A stretch of 64,000 bases of DNA from an uncultured Acidobacteriota bacterium (GCA_963728825.1 CAVSLA010000001.1:423886-487885), one strand, 5' to 3'; counted from the first letter of the stretch, positions 36,408 to 51,783 are shown. Program-made: numbers and translations. The notes: generated by a model not told the origin, from the letters alone.

Positions 36408-38251
36408 CAGTTCACCCACCGTTCTCGAAATGCGCGCTGCGCCGCGCTCAACGATTGACCGCTCTGCTCGATTGGCACGATCTGGATGGCCGGATCCTCG
36501 GCAAGCGTCAGAGCGGTCGTCCGCTGCCGACCGGTGCGGTCGGTGAAGACAATCGAAATCCTGTCGCCAGGACGTCGCCGCGCCAGAACCGCGGCGATCT
36601 CGCTCGCGGAGCGGACCGCCGTTCCGTCGAGCTGCCGGATTTCGTCGTCCACATCCAGCTCCGCGTTGTAGATCGGCGATGCAAAGGCCGGCGGCGAGCC
36701 AAGGCGAACTCCACCGCCGCGGGGCTCGAGCTCCACGTCACCGAGCCACGCGCGACCGTTCGCCGGCCGCCGCAGCACGAAGCCGGCCCGCAGCAGCAGG
36801 ACCGCGTAGTCGGCGACCTCGCGACCTCGGATGAATCGCGCGAAGAAGTCACGCGCGAATGCAGCGTCGCCCGCCACTTCCGCCAGGCGCGCTTCGGCGT
36901 CTTCAATGGTGTACGGGCGGTCGACAAACCCGGGACGCGCGCCGCCCGGCTTGCCGTGCGCCCGCCACATGGCGCGCATGTAGTCGTCCAGCGTCACGCC
37001 GCCGTCCGAGCGCTGCCGGAGCGTCAAGTCGAGGGCCAGCGCAATCGCGCCGCCGAAGTCATAGTAGGAAATGAACGTCTGAGACCAGTTCGTCCGATCC
37101 AGCGGCCGGCCCAGGTCGGTGAACGAAGCCATCTGACTCATCTCCTCGGCAGACCGCACGGATCGTGCCGGATTCGAGGCAATGCTCGCCACCAGCTGGC
37201 CGAGTGCGTCGGCCAGGCCGGCATGATTCAGCAGCCCGGCGCGGGCCATCGTCAGCGGGCCGAAGTATTCCGTGAACCCTTCAGCCAGCCACAGCTCGCC
37301 TGACATGTTGGGTCCCTCGAAGTCGAATGGCTCGAGCGATCGTGGCCGGATGCGTTCGACGTTCCATCCGTGGAAGAACTCGTGCGCGACGCCGCGCAGC
37401 AGCGTGCCGCGACCGCTGCCCAGCGACATCGACGAGGTCAACACGCTGCTGTTGCGGTGCTCCATGCCGTCTTCGGCCGCGTACGGCAGATAGTCGGCCA
37501 GGAACGTGTAATGCCCCGAGTCGTAGACGGGGAACTCACCGAAGACATCGCGCTGCGCACGGACGATTCGCTCGACGTCCCGCACGAAGCCATCGACCTC
37601 GTTGGCCGAACCGGCGTGATGGACGGCGACCCGGATCGGTTGCCGGTCGACCGAGAATTCGCGAAGCGTCGGCAGCCCGAACTCCGCCGGCGAATCCATG
37701 AGGTACTGCAGATTAGGGGCGGTGAAGTCGAACGGCGTTCCGGCGGGATGGAGCTGCGTCACGACTCGCCAGTCACGACCCGGCGGTGGCTCGAACCGCA
37801 CCGCGATCGGTCGGTCATCGAAGCCTTGGGCCCACATCACGGCGGCCGGCATGTTGATGTGGGCGTGAGTCGGATCGACCGCCAGATAGGTGCCATCAAG
37901 CCGATCGCCGAATACCTTGTACCGAATCGTCGCGCTGCCGCCATGGTCGCGCACGACCCACCCGTGGGGATCCGACCGCACCGCAGTCAGCTCCCGTTGG
38001 CTGGATACCGCGCGGACGTCATACACGTTCTTCGCGAAGTCGTGTTGAGAGTAGCGGCCTGGAGAGGACCGACTCATGCGAAGCTCGAGCGGCCGATCGC
38101 TCAGGTCGGTCAGCCGGATCTCAACCTGCATCCATCGGTGCTGGGGCTCAGGAAACGTCAAGACGTACTGGATGAGAGGCTGCGCCCGCGGCGCCTCGAG
38201 CCACAGCGCGACCAGCGCCGCCACGAAGAGACCGATGAAACGGATCCGCAT
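36407..38251 (-). CDS. M61 glycyl aminopeptidase-family metallopeptidase with C-terminal PDZ domain, secreted
   Basis: Signal peptide MRIRFIGLFVAALVALWLEAPRAQ. HEFFHGWNVERIRP zinc motif. PDZ-like C-terminus (NAELDVDDEIRQLDG). Confidence 0.85.
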   Translation of the reverse strand: MRIRFIGLFVAALVALWLEAPRAQPLIQYVLTFPEPQHRWMQVEIRLTDLSDRPLELRMSRSSPGRYSQHDFAKNVYDVRAVSSQRELTAVRSDPHGWVVRDHGGSATIRYKVFGDRLDGTYLAVDPTHAHINMPAAVMWAQGFDDRPIAVRFEPPPGRDWRVVTQLHPAGTPFDFTAPNLQYLMDSPAEFGLPTLREFSVDRQPIRVAVHHAGSANEVDGFVRDVERIVRAQRDVFGEFPVYDSGHYTFLADYLPYAAEDGMEHRNSSVLTSSMSLGSGRGTLLRGVAHEFFHGWNVERIRPRSLEPFDFEGPNMSGELWLAEGFTEYFGPLTMARAGLLNHAGLADALGQLVASIASNPARSVRSAEEMSQMASFTDLGRPLDRTNWSQTFISYYDFGGAIALALDLTLRQRSDGGVTLDDYMRAMWRAHGKPGGARPGFVDRPYTIEDAEARLAEVAGDAAFARDFFARFIRGREVADYAVLLLRAGFVLRRPANGRAWLGDVELEPRGGGVRLGSPPAFASPIYNAELDVDDEIRQLDGTAVRSASEIAAVLARRRPGDRISIVFTDRTGRQRTTALTLAEDPAIQIVPIEQSGQSLSAAQRAFRERWVN

Positions 38252-38269
38252 CCAGGACGAATTGTAAGT

Positions 38270-38947
38270 TCACGCGTCCCGATTGGTGGCGTCCGTCCCG
38301 CCCAGGGCCTGGTCGATGAACGCATCCTCGGGCACGGCGCCGAGGACCTCGGTGGTCTCGTTCACCACCGTCTTGGGCACGGCCGAAACACGGTACCGCC
38401 GCGCCAGATCGGGAAACTCCGTCGCCTCGACCGCAAATGCCGTGACCTGTGGGCTTGCGAATGCCATCTCATGCGCCAGGCTGACCGCCCGCGGACAATG
38501 CGGTCAAGTCGGTGTGGTGAAGACGTGCATGACCATCGGCTTGTCGAGGGCGGTCAGACGCGCGCGATTCTGGTCGGACAGATCGGGCGGCCGCCCGCCG
38601 CCGGCCAGCAGCACAGCCCTGATCAACGAGATGAACTCGTAGCCGGCGGGCGTGCCCAAGAAACGGATGCGCGAATCTTTCAGGTCCTCGCCCTCGAGGA
38701 ACGTCACCGCCACGGCTGGTACTCGATCGACACCGTATTGTGCGGCCTTGTCCGGTTCGAGGACGAAGTTCACTTCCTCGATGGAGATCTTGTCTGACAG
38801 GGGTGGCAGTTCGTCCAGCACCTGACGGGTCAGCAGGCACGTCTCGCACCCGAGCGTCTGCGTGAAGAACAGCAGCCGCACCGGGCGCGCCATCTTCGCG
38901 AAATCCTCTCGAAGGCGCGCCTGATCGGCAGCCGATATCAAAGCCAT
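38270..38947 (-). CDS. PfPDO-like (glutaredoxin-like, two thioredoxin folds) protein disulfide oxidoreductase with an in-frame UGA at the first Cys of the second CxxC motif; candidate selenoprotein
   Basis: Track ORFs 38504..38947 and 38270..38467 share one frame, separated by TGA (38504-38506) and 12 open codons. The joined product is MALISAADQARLREDFAKMARPVRLLFF..GCETC..FLGTPAGYEF..VMHVFTTPT-[UGA]-PHCPRAVSLAHEMAFASP..ATEFPDLARRYRVSAVPKTVVN. This follows the Pyrococcus PDO layout (..VFVTPTCPYCPLAV..), recalled from memory. Confidence 0.7.
38474..38493 (-). other. SECIS-like stem-loop downstream of the in-frame UGA
   Basis: The RNA CGCGGGC-GGUCA-GCCUGGCG forms 7 pairs (one G-U), with one bulged G and a 5-nt apical loop starting GGU. 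The loop starts 20 nt after the U of UGA. Folded by eye only. Confidence 0.4.
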
Positions 38948-38977
38948 ACCGGGATTATCGCCGAGCCCTGGTCATTC

Positions 38978-39475
38978 TCACCGTGTACACGAGCTGCCGG
39001 TCGGAGCTACCGAACGCACCCGCAGTGAAGAGATCTCGAGACGGGTCTGCTGTTCGGTGGCCACCTTCGGGGTAGGACCCGCGCCGGCGGCCGGTGCCTG
39101 CCCGGCGGATGTGCCAGTCGACTCGCTGCCGCTTGTCCCGACGCCGGGCGACGCCGCGACCGCTGGCGCAGCCTCACGAACAATCGCCACCTCAGGCGTG
39201 TCCGCCATACCGCTCACACGTACCTGACGGCCGACGTGCTGACGGAACACGCTGGCGTCGCCGATCAAGCGGTAGCTCTCGGTCGACGGCGCAGCGATCG
39301 TTGTTCCGGTCTCGGCCCGGTCGAGCTCGGTCAAGACGAACTCGTCGCCAGTGCCGGTCAGACATCCGGTCACCTCGACTTCAGATTTCATCTCCGCAGG
39401 ATCCTGATTGCCGGCACCACAGGCCACTACCGACGCGGCGGCGCAAAGGATTGCCGCATGAATCGCGTGTTTCAT
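38978..39475 (-). CDS. Lipoprotein, unknown function
   Basis: MKHAIHAAILCAAASVVACG lipobox, GGAGG before the ATG at 39475, and a low-complexity A/G/S/T/P C-terminal half. The track start at 39766 is an extension. Confidence 0.55.
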   Translation of the reverse strand: MKHAIHAAILCAAASVVACGAGNQDPAEMKSEVEVTGCLTGTGDEFVLTELDRAETGTTIAAPSTESYRLIGDASVFRQHVGRQVRVSGMADTPEVAIVREAAPAVAASPGVGTSGSESTGTSAGQAPAAGAGPTPKVATEQQTRLEISSLRVRSVAPTGSSCTR

Positions 39476-39552
39476 CGCGTAGTTCCTCCTGCATGGGAGC
39501 CACAGCAGAAAGCGGGCCATGGCGCCTCTGCAGCCGGACGTCCTCGACAGTT

Positions 39553-39990
39553 TTACTTGAAGAGATCGTCGAAGGCCTGGCGCGCGCTGGTCGGCCCAGG
39601 TGTGCTGGTTTGCCGTTCGACGGTGGTGCGCGGTGCAAAGTACGCGCAGAGGTTGCGCTCGTCCTTGGGCGTCACTCGCGCCGTCAGCGCCTGCTGGGTA
39701 CATTCCCAACGTGCGCTGGTGTCGAACGATGCGCAGTTGATGCAGCTGTGGACCGCAACGCCACACCGGGCGCAGCGGCTGTCGCTTTCGACGGGGACGG
39801 CCAGCTTGTTCCCGCAGCGGGCGCAGCGGAAGACTTCATGCGCGCCCATGAGGTTGGGCGTTCGCGGTCCCGAAGCGTCCTGCAGTTGACGCCCGGGCGC
39901 CCGCGGTTCCGGTGCGGGCTTGGGGCGCTTCGGCCCCTGTGCCCTCGGCTCGTCCTGATATCCGCGCTGGCGGTACTTGCGGTCGGACAT
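39553..39990 (-). CDS. Zinc-ribbon protein with a basic disordered N-terminus, unknown function
   Basis: MSDRKYRQRGYQDEPR.. followed by CARCGNK..CARCG..CINC..C Cys pairs. I prefer the ATG at 39990 over the track's 40098. Confidence 0.5.
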   Translation of the reverse strand: MSDRKYRQRGYQDEPRAQGPKRPKPAPEPRAPGRQLQDASGPRTPNLMGAHEVFRCARCGNKLAVPVESDSRCARCGVAVHSCINCASFDTSARWECTQQALTARVTPKDERNLCAYFAPRTTVERQTSTPGPTSARQAFDDLFK

Positions 39991-40138
39991 GCCCGGATCC
40001 TGACGCGGCCTGCCGCTCTCGTCAAGCGCTCGACTCGCGACTCGCGGCTTTGGGGGAAGAGGGGAAGAGGAATTGCTTGCCGTCGGCGGCGACGGCAAAG
40101 CATAAAAATACTTGAGTTTTGGCCTGATTGGACAATTA

Positions 40139-40154
40139 CGTGAAATGTTTCACA
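40139..40154. promoter_or_regulatory. CRP/FNR-family-like inverted repeat upstream of actA
   Basis: cGTGAaatgttTCACA (GTGA-N6-TCAC core) lies in the AT-rich stretch about 70 nt upstream of the actA ATG. Confidence 0.3.
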
Positions 40155-40225
40155 AAATAGGGATCGCGTGGCCACGGAAAACGGGGTAAGCTCCCGTCAA
40201 TTCGGCCGCGCGCGTGACCATGTAA

Positions 40226-40872
40226 ATGGCCCAGATCTTTCACCGCAGCACCAACACGATTTCCCGGGTCAGCATCTTCGGCACGCTCTTCATCGTCGCC
40301 GGGCTGCTCTGGCTGGTTGCCCAGATCCATCGCTCGTCGTGGCTCACCGATGCGCTGGTCGCCCGCGAGCAGCCGATTCAGTTCAGTCACGAGCGCCACG
40401 TCGGCGGCAACGCGATCGATTGCCGCTACTGCCACACGTCGGTCGAGGTCTCGCCATTCGCCGGCATTCCGCCGACCAAGACCTGCCTGAACTGCCACGG
40501 TGAGATTTTCGCCAACAGTCCGTTTCTGCTGCCGGTGCGAACCAGCTTCGAGTCGAACCGGCCGATCGAATGGACCCGCGTCCACGATCTGCCCGACTTC
40601 GTGCACTTCGATCACAGCATTCACGTGAGCAAGGGCATGGGGTGCACGACCTGCCATGGTCCGATCGATCGGATGGGGCTGACCTGGCAGGACAAATCGC
40701 TGCAGATGGAGTGGTGCCTGGACTGCCACCGCAATCCCGAACGCTACGTGCGACCGAAAAGCGAAGTCTTTTCCGTCGCCTATCGTCCGCCGCCCGATCA
40801 GATGGCGGTCGGACGGCGTCTGGTCGCCGAGTACGGCATTCAGAAACTACAGAGCTGCTCGACGTGTCATCA

Positions 40873-40876
<4 letters not shown>
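40226..40876 (+). CDS. actA: Alternative Complex III pentaheme cytochrome c subunit
   Basis: N-terminal TM anchor and five CxxCH motifs (CRYCH, CLNCH, CTTCH, CLDCH, CSTCH). First gene of the act cluster. Confidence 0.9.
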
Positions 40877-45374
<4,498 letters not shown>

Positions 45375-45377
45375 GCG

Positions 45378-45918
45378 ATGGCGACCCGAACGACGATCTA
45401 CGGCCTGATGGCCGAGTTCGACGACCCGAACGCCCTGGTCGCGGCGGCCTACCGCACGCAGTACGAGGGCTATCGGCGGGTCGACGCCTACTCGCCGTTT
45501 CCGATCGAAGAGCTCCACGAGGCGCTCGGCATCCACCACACGCGGCTGCCGCTCATCGTCTTCCTCGGCGGGCTCACCGGCTGCATCGGCGGCTATCTGC
45601 TCCAGGTACTGGGCGGCCGGCATCGCCTACCCGTTGAACATCGGCGGCAAGCCATTCAACGCCTGGCCGATGTTCATCCCGGTGACCTTCGAGTGCACGA
45701 TTCTCGGCGCGGCGCTGGCGGCGGTGCTCGGCATGCTGGCCCTGAACGGGCTGCCGATGCCGTACCACCCGGTGTTCAACGTCCCGCGCTTCGCGCTGGC
45801 CAGCCGCAACCGTTTCTTCCTCTGCATCGAAGCGCGCGACGCGAAGTTCAACCTCGAAGCCACGCGGCGATTCCTCGAGACGCTCGGACCGCGGGAGGTG
45901 TCGACCGTTGCCAACTGA
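45378..45918 (+). pseudogene. actD: Alternative Complex III subunit ActD, interrupted by a single extra base (frameshift) at about 45605-45606
   Basis: Frame 1 reads [64 protein letters not shown], then turns into nonsense. Skipping one G in ctccagGtactgg restores [49 protein letters not shown] (track ORF 45634..45918). This is either a sequencing indel or a true pseudogene. Confidence 0.8.
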
Positions 45919-46570
45919 AATCCTGTCGAGGACGCGGAGCAAGCAAAGGGCGCAGAGGCTGTTCAGCCTGCGCGCCTTGCGGGTCCCCTGCTCGCTCCGC
46001 GGCGCTGGCTCCCTTTGCGTCCTCTGCTCCCTCTGCGTCCTCGTCCTGGGCTGCAGACAAGATATGCACGACCAACCCACCTACACCGCGATGGAGCATT
46101 CGTCGTTTTTTCCCGACAACGCGGCGTCGCGGCCGCCGGTACCGGGGACGGTGGCGCGCAGCCAGCTGCGTGACGACGAGCTGTTGTATCGGGGCACAGT
46201 AAACGGCGAGGCGGCGGACGTGTTTCCGTTCCCGGTCGACGAGGCGGTGATGGCGCGCGGGCAGGATGTGTTCAACGCCTTCTGTTCGCCGTGTCACGGC
46301 CGCACCGGCCGCGGCGACGGCATCATCGTCCAGCGTGGCTTCACGCGGCCGCCGGATCTGACCGACGACAATGCGCGCAGCGCGCCGGTCGGCCACATCT
46401 TCAACGTCATCACCAACGGATTCGGCGCGATGCCCGATCATGCGGCGCAGGTGCAGGTCCGCGATCGATGGGCGATCGCCGCCTACCTGCGGGCGCTGCA
46501 GGTCAGCGCGTCCGCTTCGATCAACGACATTCCGGCGGCGGAACGCACGCGGCTGGAGGGCGCCCGGTAA
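45908..46570 (+). CDS. actE: Alternative Complex III monoheme cytochrome c lipoprotein
   Basis: Lipobox ..LCVLVLGC and a single CSPCH heme site. The start is uncertain: only TTG/CTG codons lie upstream of the lipobox (TTG at 45908 or 45977). Confidence 0.8.
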   Translation: MPTEILSRTRSKQRAQRLFSLRALRVPCSLRGAGSLCVLCSLCVLVLGCRQDMHDQPTYTAMEHSSFFPDNAASRPPVPGTVARSQLRDDELLYRGTVNGEAADVFPFPVDEAVMARGQDVFNAFCSPCHGRTGRGDGIIVQRGFTRPPDLTDDNARSAPVGHIFNVITNGFGAMPDHAAQVQVRDRWAIAAYLRALQVSASASINDIPAAERTRLEGAR

Positions 46571-47778
46571 TGCGGCTCGCGCAAAGCCCCGATCGGTTCA
46601 TTCCGGAGCTGGCGCGCTACCAGCGTCAGCTGCTGATCGCGGGGGGCGCCGGCGCGGCCGTGTCGCTGGTCGGTCTGTTCATCGATCGTCGACAGTTCTT
46701 TCAGTCGTATCTGATGGCCTACCTGCTGCTGCTCGGTGCGACGCTCGGCTCGCTCGCGCTCGGCATGATTCATCAGCTGTCGGGCGGCGCCTGGGGCGTC
46801 GTGACGCGCCGGATTCTTGGCGCGGCCTCGCGCGTCCTGCCGGTGCTGACGCTGTTGTTCCTGCCGCTGCTGCTCGGCCTCCACGATCTCTACGAGTGGA
46901 CGCATGCGGAGGTCGTCGCCGCCGATCCGATCTTGAGGGGCAAGCAGCCCTACCTCAACATCCCGTTCTTCCTCGCTCGCGCCGTTCTCTACTTCGGCGT
47001 CTGGAACGCCTTCGCCTACTTCCTCAACCGCTGGTCGCTCGATCAGGATCGCAGCCCGGATCCGCGCATCGCGCGCCGCATGCAGAGGTTGAGCGGCGGC
47101 GGCCTGGTCGCCTACGTGTTGACGATGACCTTCGCGTCGTTCGACTGGGTGATGTCGCTCGATCCGCATTGGTACTCCACGATCTACGGCGTGCTCTTCC
47201 TGGGCGGACAGGCTCTGACGGCGCTCGCCTTCCTGGTGATTGCCCTGGCCTGGTTGAGCCGGCGCGAGCCGTTGAACACGATCGTGGTACCGACGCACTT
47301 TCACGACCTCGGCAATCTGATGCTGGCGTTCGTGATGCTCTGGGCCTACTTCTCGTTTTCGCAGTACCTGATCATCTACTCGGCGAACCTGCCGGAAGAG
47401 ATCACCTGGTACACGCGCCGCCTGTTCACCGGCTGGCGGGTGATTGGCATCGGTTTGGTGATCTTTCACTTCGCCGTGCCGTTTCTCATCCTGCTGTCGC
47501 GGGCGGTCAAGCGGAATCCGCAGCTGCTCGTCAAAGTGGCGATCGGCATCATCGTCGTCCGGCTGATCGATCTGTTCTGGCTGATTGCGCCGGAGCTGCA
47601 TCGCGACGGCTTCGTCATCAGCTGGCTCGACGTGCTGTTGCCGCTCTCGCTCGGCAGCGTGTGGCTCGGCTGCTTCGTGTGGCAGCTGCGCGGCCGGCCG
47701 CTGCTGCCGCTGCACGATCCGCAGTTTCACGAAGCGCTCGGGCCGATCATCGACCGGCGACAGGAGCGGCCGATATGA
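46570..47778 (+). CDS. actF: Alternative Complex III membrane subunit ActF
   Basis: [26 protein letters not shown].., polytopic. The ATG overlaps the actE stop (TAATG). The track's 46291 start is a spurious extension. Confidence 0.85.
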   Translation: MRLAQSPDRFIPELARYQRQLLIAGGAGAAVSLVGLFIDRRQFFQSYLMAYLLLLGATLGSLALGMIHQLSGGAWGVVTRRILGAASRVLPVLTLLFLPLLLGLHDLYEWTHAEVVAADPILRGKQPYLNIPFFLARAVLYFGVWNAFAYFLNRWSLDQDRSPDPRIARRMQRLSGGGLVAYVLTMTFASFDWVMSLDPHWYSTIYGVLFLGGQALTALAFLVIALAWLSRREPLNTIVVPTHFHDLGNLMLAFVMLWAYFSFSQYLIIYSANLPEEITWYTRRLFTGWRVIGIGLVIFHFAVPFLILLSRAVKRNPQLLVKVAIGIIVVRLIDLFWLIAPELHRDGFVISWLDVLLPLSLGSVWLGCFVWQLRGRPLLPLHDPQFHEALGPIIDRRQERPI

Positions 47779-48197
47779 GCGACGAACGCCAGCACCATCT
47801 CGAGTCGATCGATCAGCCGTCGGTGCATCACGAAGAAACCGACATCAACATCCGCGCTGTCTTCGGCTTCGGCGGCGGTCTGCTGGTCACGACCATCGTC
47901 GTGATGCTGGCGATGTGGGGGCTGTTTCGCTACCTCGACGGCCGGGCGGAGCGGCTCGGTGGTTCGCTCCGGCCGCTCGCGACGAATGAAGTGCGGCTGC
48001 CGCCTGAACCGCGACTGCAGATCACGCCGCGCGCCGACGCCGCCGAGTTCCGTGCGCAGGAAGACGCGCTGCTGAACGGTTACTCATGGGTCAATCGGGA
48101 AACAGGCACGGTCAGGATCCCGATCGCTGAGGCGATGAAGATGACGTTACAGCGAGGGTTGCCCGCGCGCGAGCAGCCGGCGGGTCAGCAGAAATGA
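47775..48197 (+). CDS. Small single-TM protein encoded between act and cox genes (possible ActG-like accessory subunit)
   Basis: MSDERQHH..INIRAVFGFGGGLLVTTIVVMLAMWGLF (TM) ..RLPPEPRLQ..LLNGYSWVNRETGTVRIPIAEAM. ATGA overlaps on both sides. Confidence 0.55.
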   Translation: MSDERQHHLESIDQPSVHHEETDINIRAVFGFGGGLLVTTIVVMLAMWGLFRYLDGRAERLGGSLRPLATNEVRLPPEPRLQITPRADAAEFRAQEDALLNGYSWVNRETGTVRIPIAEAMKMTLQRGLPAREQPAGQQK

Positions 48198-49135
48198 CGC
48201 GACGTTTTGTGTCCTTGGTGTCCTTGGTGTCCTTTGTGCTCCTGACATCTCCGCTCGCCGCCCAGATGAGCGGTGCCCCCAGCGCCGGATACCGCCTCGA
48301 GCCTGGAGTGGCGGCATCGGTCGTCCCGCAACCGCTGCGCGAGATCGGATTCGATCAGCGGCTCGACGAACGCGTGCCGCTGGACGTCGAGTTCAGAGAC
48401 GAGCTCGGGCAAACCGTACGGCTCGGTCAGTACTTCGGGCAGAAACCGGTCGTGCTCGCCTTCGTGTACTACGACTGTCCGATGCTCTGCACGATGGTGC
48501 TCAGCTCGATTACCAGCACGCTGGGCGTCCTGTCGCTCGATGCCGGCACGGACTTCGAGCTCGTGATGGTGAGCTTCGACCCGCGGGAAACACCGGAGCT
48601 GGCGGCGCGGAAAAAAGCGGAATATCTCGGGCGCTACGATCGACCTGGTGCCGCGGGCGGGTGGCATTTCCTCACCGGCAACCAGGCCTCGATCAGCCGG
48701 CTCACCGCAGCCGCCGGGTTCCGCTACACCTGGGACGAGGACACGAAACAGTTCGCGCATCCAGCCGGCATCGTGGTCCTCACGCCTGACGGCCGACTGG
48801 CCCGCTATCTGTTCGGCCTCGAGTTCGGTCCGCGAGACCTGCGCCTGGCACTGATCGAAGCCTCCGGTGGCCGCATCGGCACGGCGGTCGACACGGCGCT
48901 GCTCTATTGCTACCACTACGATCCGATGACCGGCCGCTACGGCCTGGTCGTGATGCGCGTGCTGCGCATCGCCGGCGCCGCCACGGTGCTGGCCCTCGGC
49001 ACATTCATTTTCGTCATGGTCAGGCGAGAACGCACCCGGCACCTACGCACCCTGCACCCGGCACCCGGCACCCCGCACCCGGCACCCGGCACCCGGCACC
49101 AGCCCCCGGCCCCCGCTCCCGACGTGAGGCAGTGA
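48194..49135 (+). CDS. sco1: SCO1/SenC copper chaperone for CuA assembly, with a C-terminal TM helix and a repeat-derived tail
   Basis: PVVLAFVYYDCPMLCTMV (CxxxC) and a downstream FAHPAG His. N-terminal VSLVSLVSFVLL and C-terminal HPAPGTPHPAPGTRH are both encoded by word repeats. Confidence 0.85.
   Translation: MTRRFVSLVSLVSFVLLTSPLAAQMSGAPSAGYRLEPGVAASVVPQPLREIGFDQRLDERVPLDVEFRDELGQTVRLGQYFGQKPVVLAFVYYDCPMLCTMVLSSITSTLGVLSLDAGTDFELVMVSFDPRETPELAARKKAEYLGRYDRPGAAGGWHFLTGNQASISRLTAAAGFRYTWDEDTKQFAHPAGIVVLTPDGRLARYLFGLEFGPRDLRLALIEASGGRIGTAVDTALLYCYHYDPMTGRYGLVVMRVLRIAGAATVLALGTFIFVMVRRERTRHLRTLHPAPGTPHPAPGTRHQPPAPAPDVRQ
48207..48244. repeat. 9-bp word repeat (GTCCTTGGT-type), second locus
   Basis: ttgtgtccttggtgtccttggtgtcctttgtgctcc inside the first codons of sco1. 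Same words as 3831-3869. Confidence 0.8.
49031..49100. repeat. 7-bp word repeat (GCACCCG-type), reverse complement of the 10978-11029 array
   Basis: gcacccggcacctacgcaccctgcacccggcacccggcaccccgcacccggcacccggcacccggcacc, lying in the last codons of sco1. Confidence 0.85.
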
Positions 49136-49136
49136 A

Positions 49137-50153
49137 ATGTGGCCCGGTACGCCGCTGTTTCCCGACACCGCCTCGACCATCGCGCCGCGCGTGGACGCGT
49201 TGTATTTCTTCCTGGTCGGCGTCGCCGCCTTCTTCTCGCTGCTGATTGCCGGCCTGATCATCTACTACGCGATCAAATTTCACCGCCGCGCCCCTGACAG
49301 CGTCGGCGCGCGCATCTCGGGCGGCCTGGTCCTCGAGATCACCTGGAGCGTCATCCCGCTGGCGATCGTGATGGTCATCTTCGTCTGGGGAGCCAGTGTG
49401 TTTTTTACGATGGCCCGTCCCCCGGCCGATACGCTGAACATCTATGTGGTCGGGAAACAGTGGATGTGGAAGTTCCAGCACCTGAACGGCGCCCGGGAGA
49501 TCAACGAGCTGCACGTGCCGATCGGCCAGCCGGTCAAGCTGATCATGACCTCGGAAGACGTCATCCACGATCTGTTCTTCCCGGCGTTCAGAGTGAAAGC
49601 CGACGTCATTCCCGGCCGCTACACCCAGATCTGGTTCGAAGCCACCCGGCCCGGCACCTATCACTTGTTCTGCGCCGAATACTGCGGCACCCGGCACTCC
49701 GGGATGATCGGCCAGGTCGTCGTGATGGAGCCGAGCGAATTCCAGACGTGGCTGAGCAGCGGTCAGGCCGAGGGGTCGCTGGCGTCCGCCGGCGGCAAGC
49801 TGTTTCGAGACCTGGCGTGCAACACCTGCCATCGCAGCGACGCCCAGGGGCGCGGTCCGGTCCTGGACGGGCTGTTTGGCAAGACGGTCACGCTCCAGAG
49901 CGGCGAGAACGTCGTCGTGGACGAAGCGTATATCCGCGAGTCGATCGTCAATCCGAACGAGAAGCTGACGGCGGGCTTTCAGCCGATCATGCCGGCCTAT
50001 CAGGGACAGGTGAACGAGGAAGGCCTGCTCGAGCTGATCGAATACGTCCGCGCGCTCGGCACCGGCGCGGCCGCGCCGGAGCTGCGGCCCGACGCCGGTG
50101 GTCCGCGGCCGGGTGAAAACACGCCGTCCCGGGGAGGAGACGTCCCCCGTTAA
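49137..50153 (+). CDS. ctaC: Cytochrome c oxidase subunit II with fused C-terminal cytochrome c (caa3 type)
   Basis: CuA site [20 protein letters not shown] and a C-terminal CNTCH heme c motif. Confidence 0.9.
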   Translation: MWPGTPLFPDTASTIAPRVDALYFFLVGVAAFFSLLIAGLIIYYAIKFHRRAPDSVGARISGGLVLEITWSVIPLAIVMVIFVWGASVFFTMARPPADTLNIYVVGKQWMWKFQHLNGAREINELHVPIGQPVKLIMTSEDVIHDLFFPAFRVKADVIPGRYTQIWFEATRPGTYHLFCAEYCGTRHSGMIGQVVVMEPSEFQTWLSSGQAEGSLASAGGKLFRDLACNTCHRSDAQGRGPVLDGLFGKTVTLQSGENVVVDEAYIRESIVNPNEKLTAGFQPIMPAYQGQVNEEGLLELIEYVRALGTGAAAPELRPDAGGPRPGENTPSRGGDVPR

Positions 50154-50157
50154 CCGT

Positions 50158-51772
<1,615 letters not shown>

Positions 51773-51783
<11 letters not shown>

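Noticed and set aside
38489-38502. A 6-bp stem GACCGC/GCGGUC that starts within the UGA itself, considered as the SECIS.
   Set aside because: Its loop begins only about 8 nt after the UGA, closer than described bacterial SECIS geometry. The hairpin at 38474-38493 fits better, so only that one is reported.
40570-40872. N-terminal extension of actB in the track (1130-aa ORF starting inside actA).
   Set aside because: The extension overlaps the actA frame and has junk composition. The ATG at 40873 overlaps the actA stop and is followed by a proper Tat signal. The same logic was applied to 46291 (actF), 46371 (small subunit), 50098 (ctaD), 20082..21380, 56639..57478, 38978..39766 and 39553..40098.
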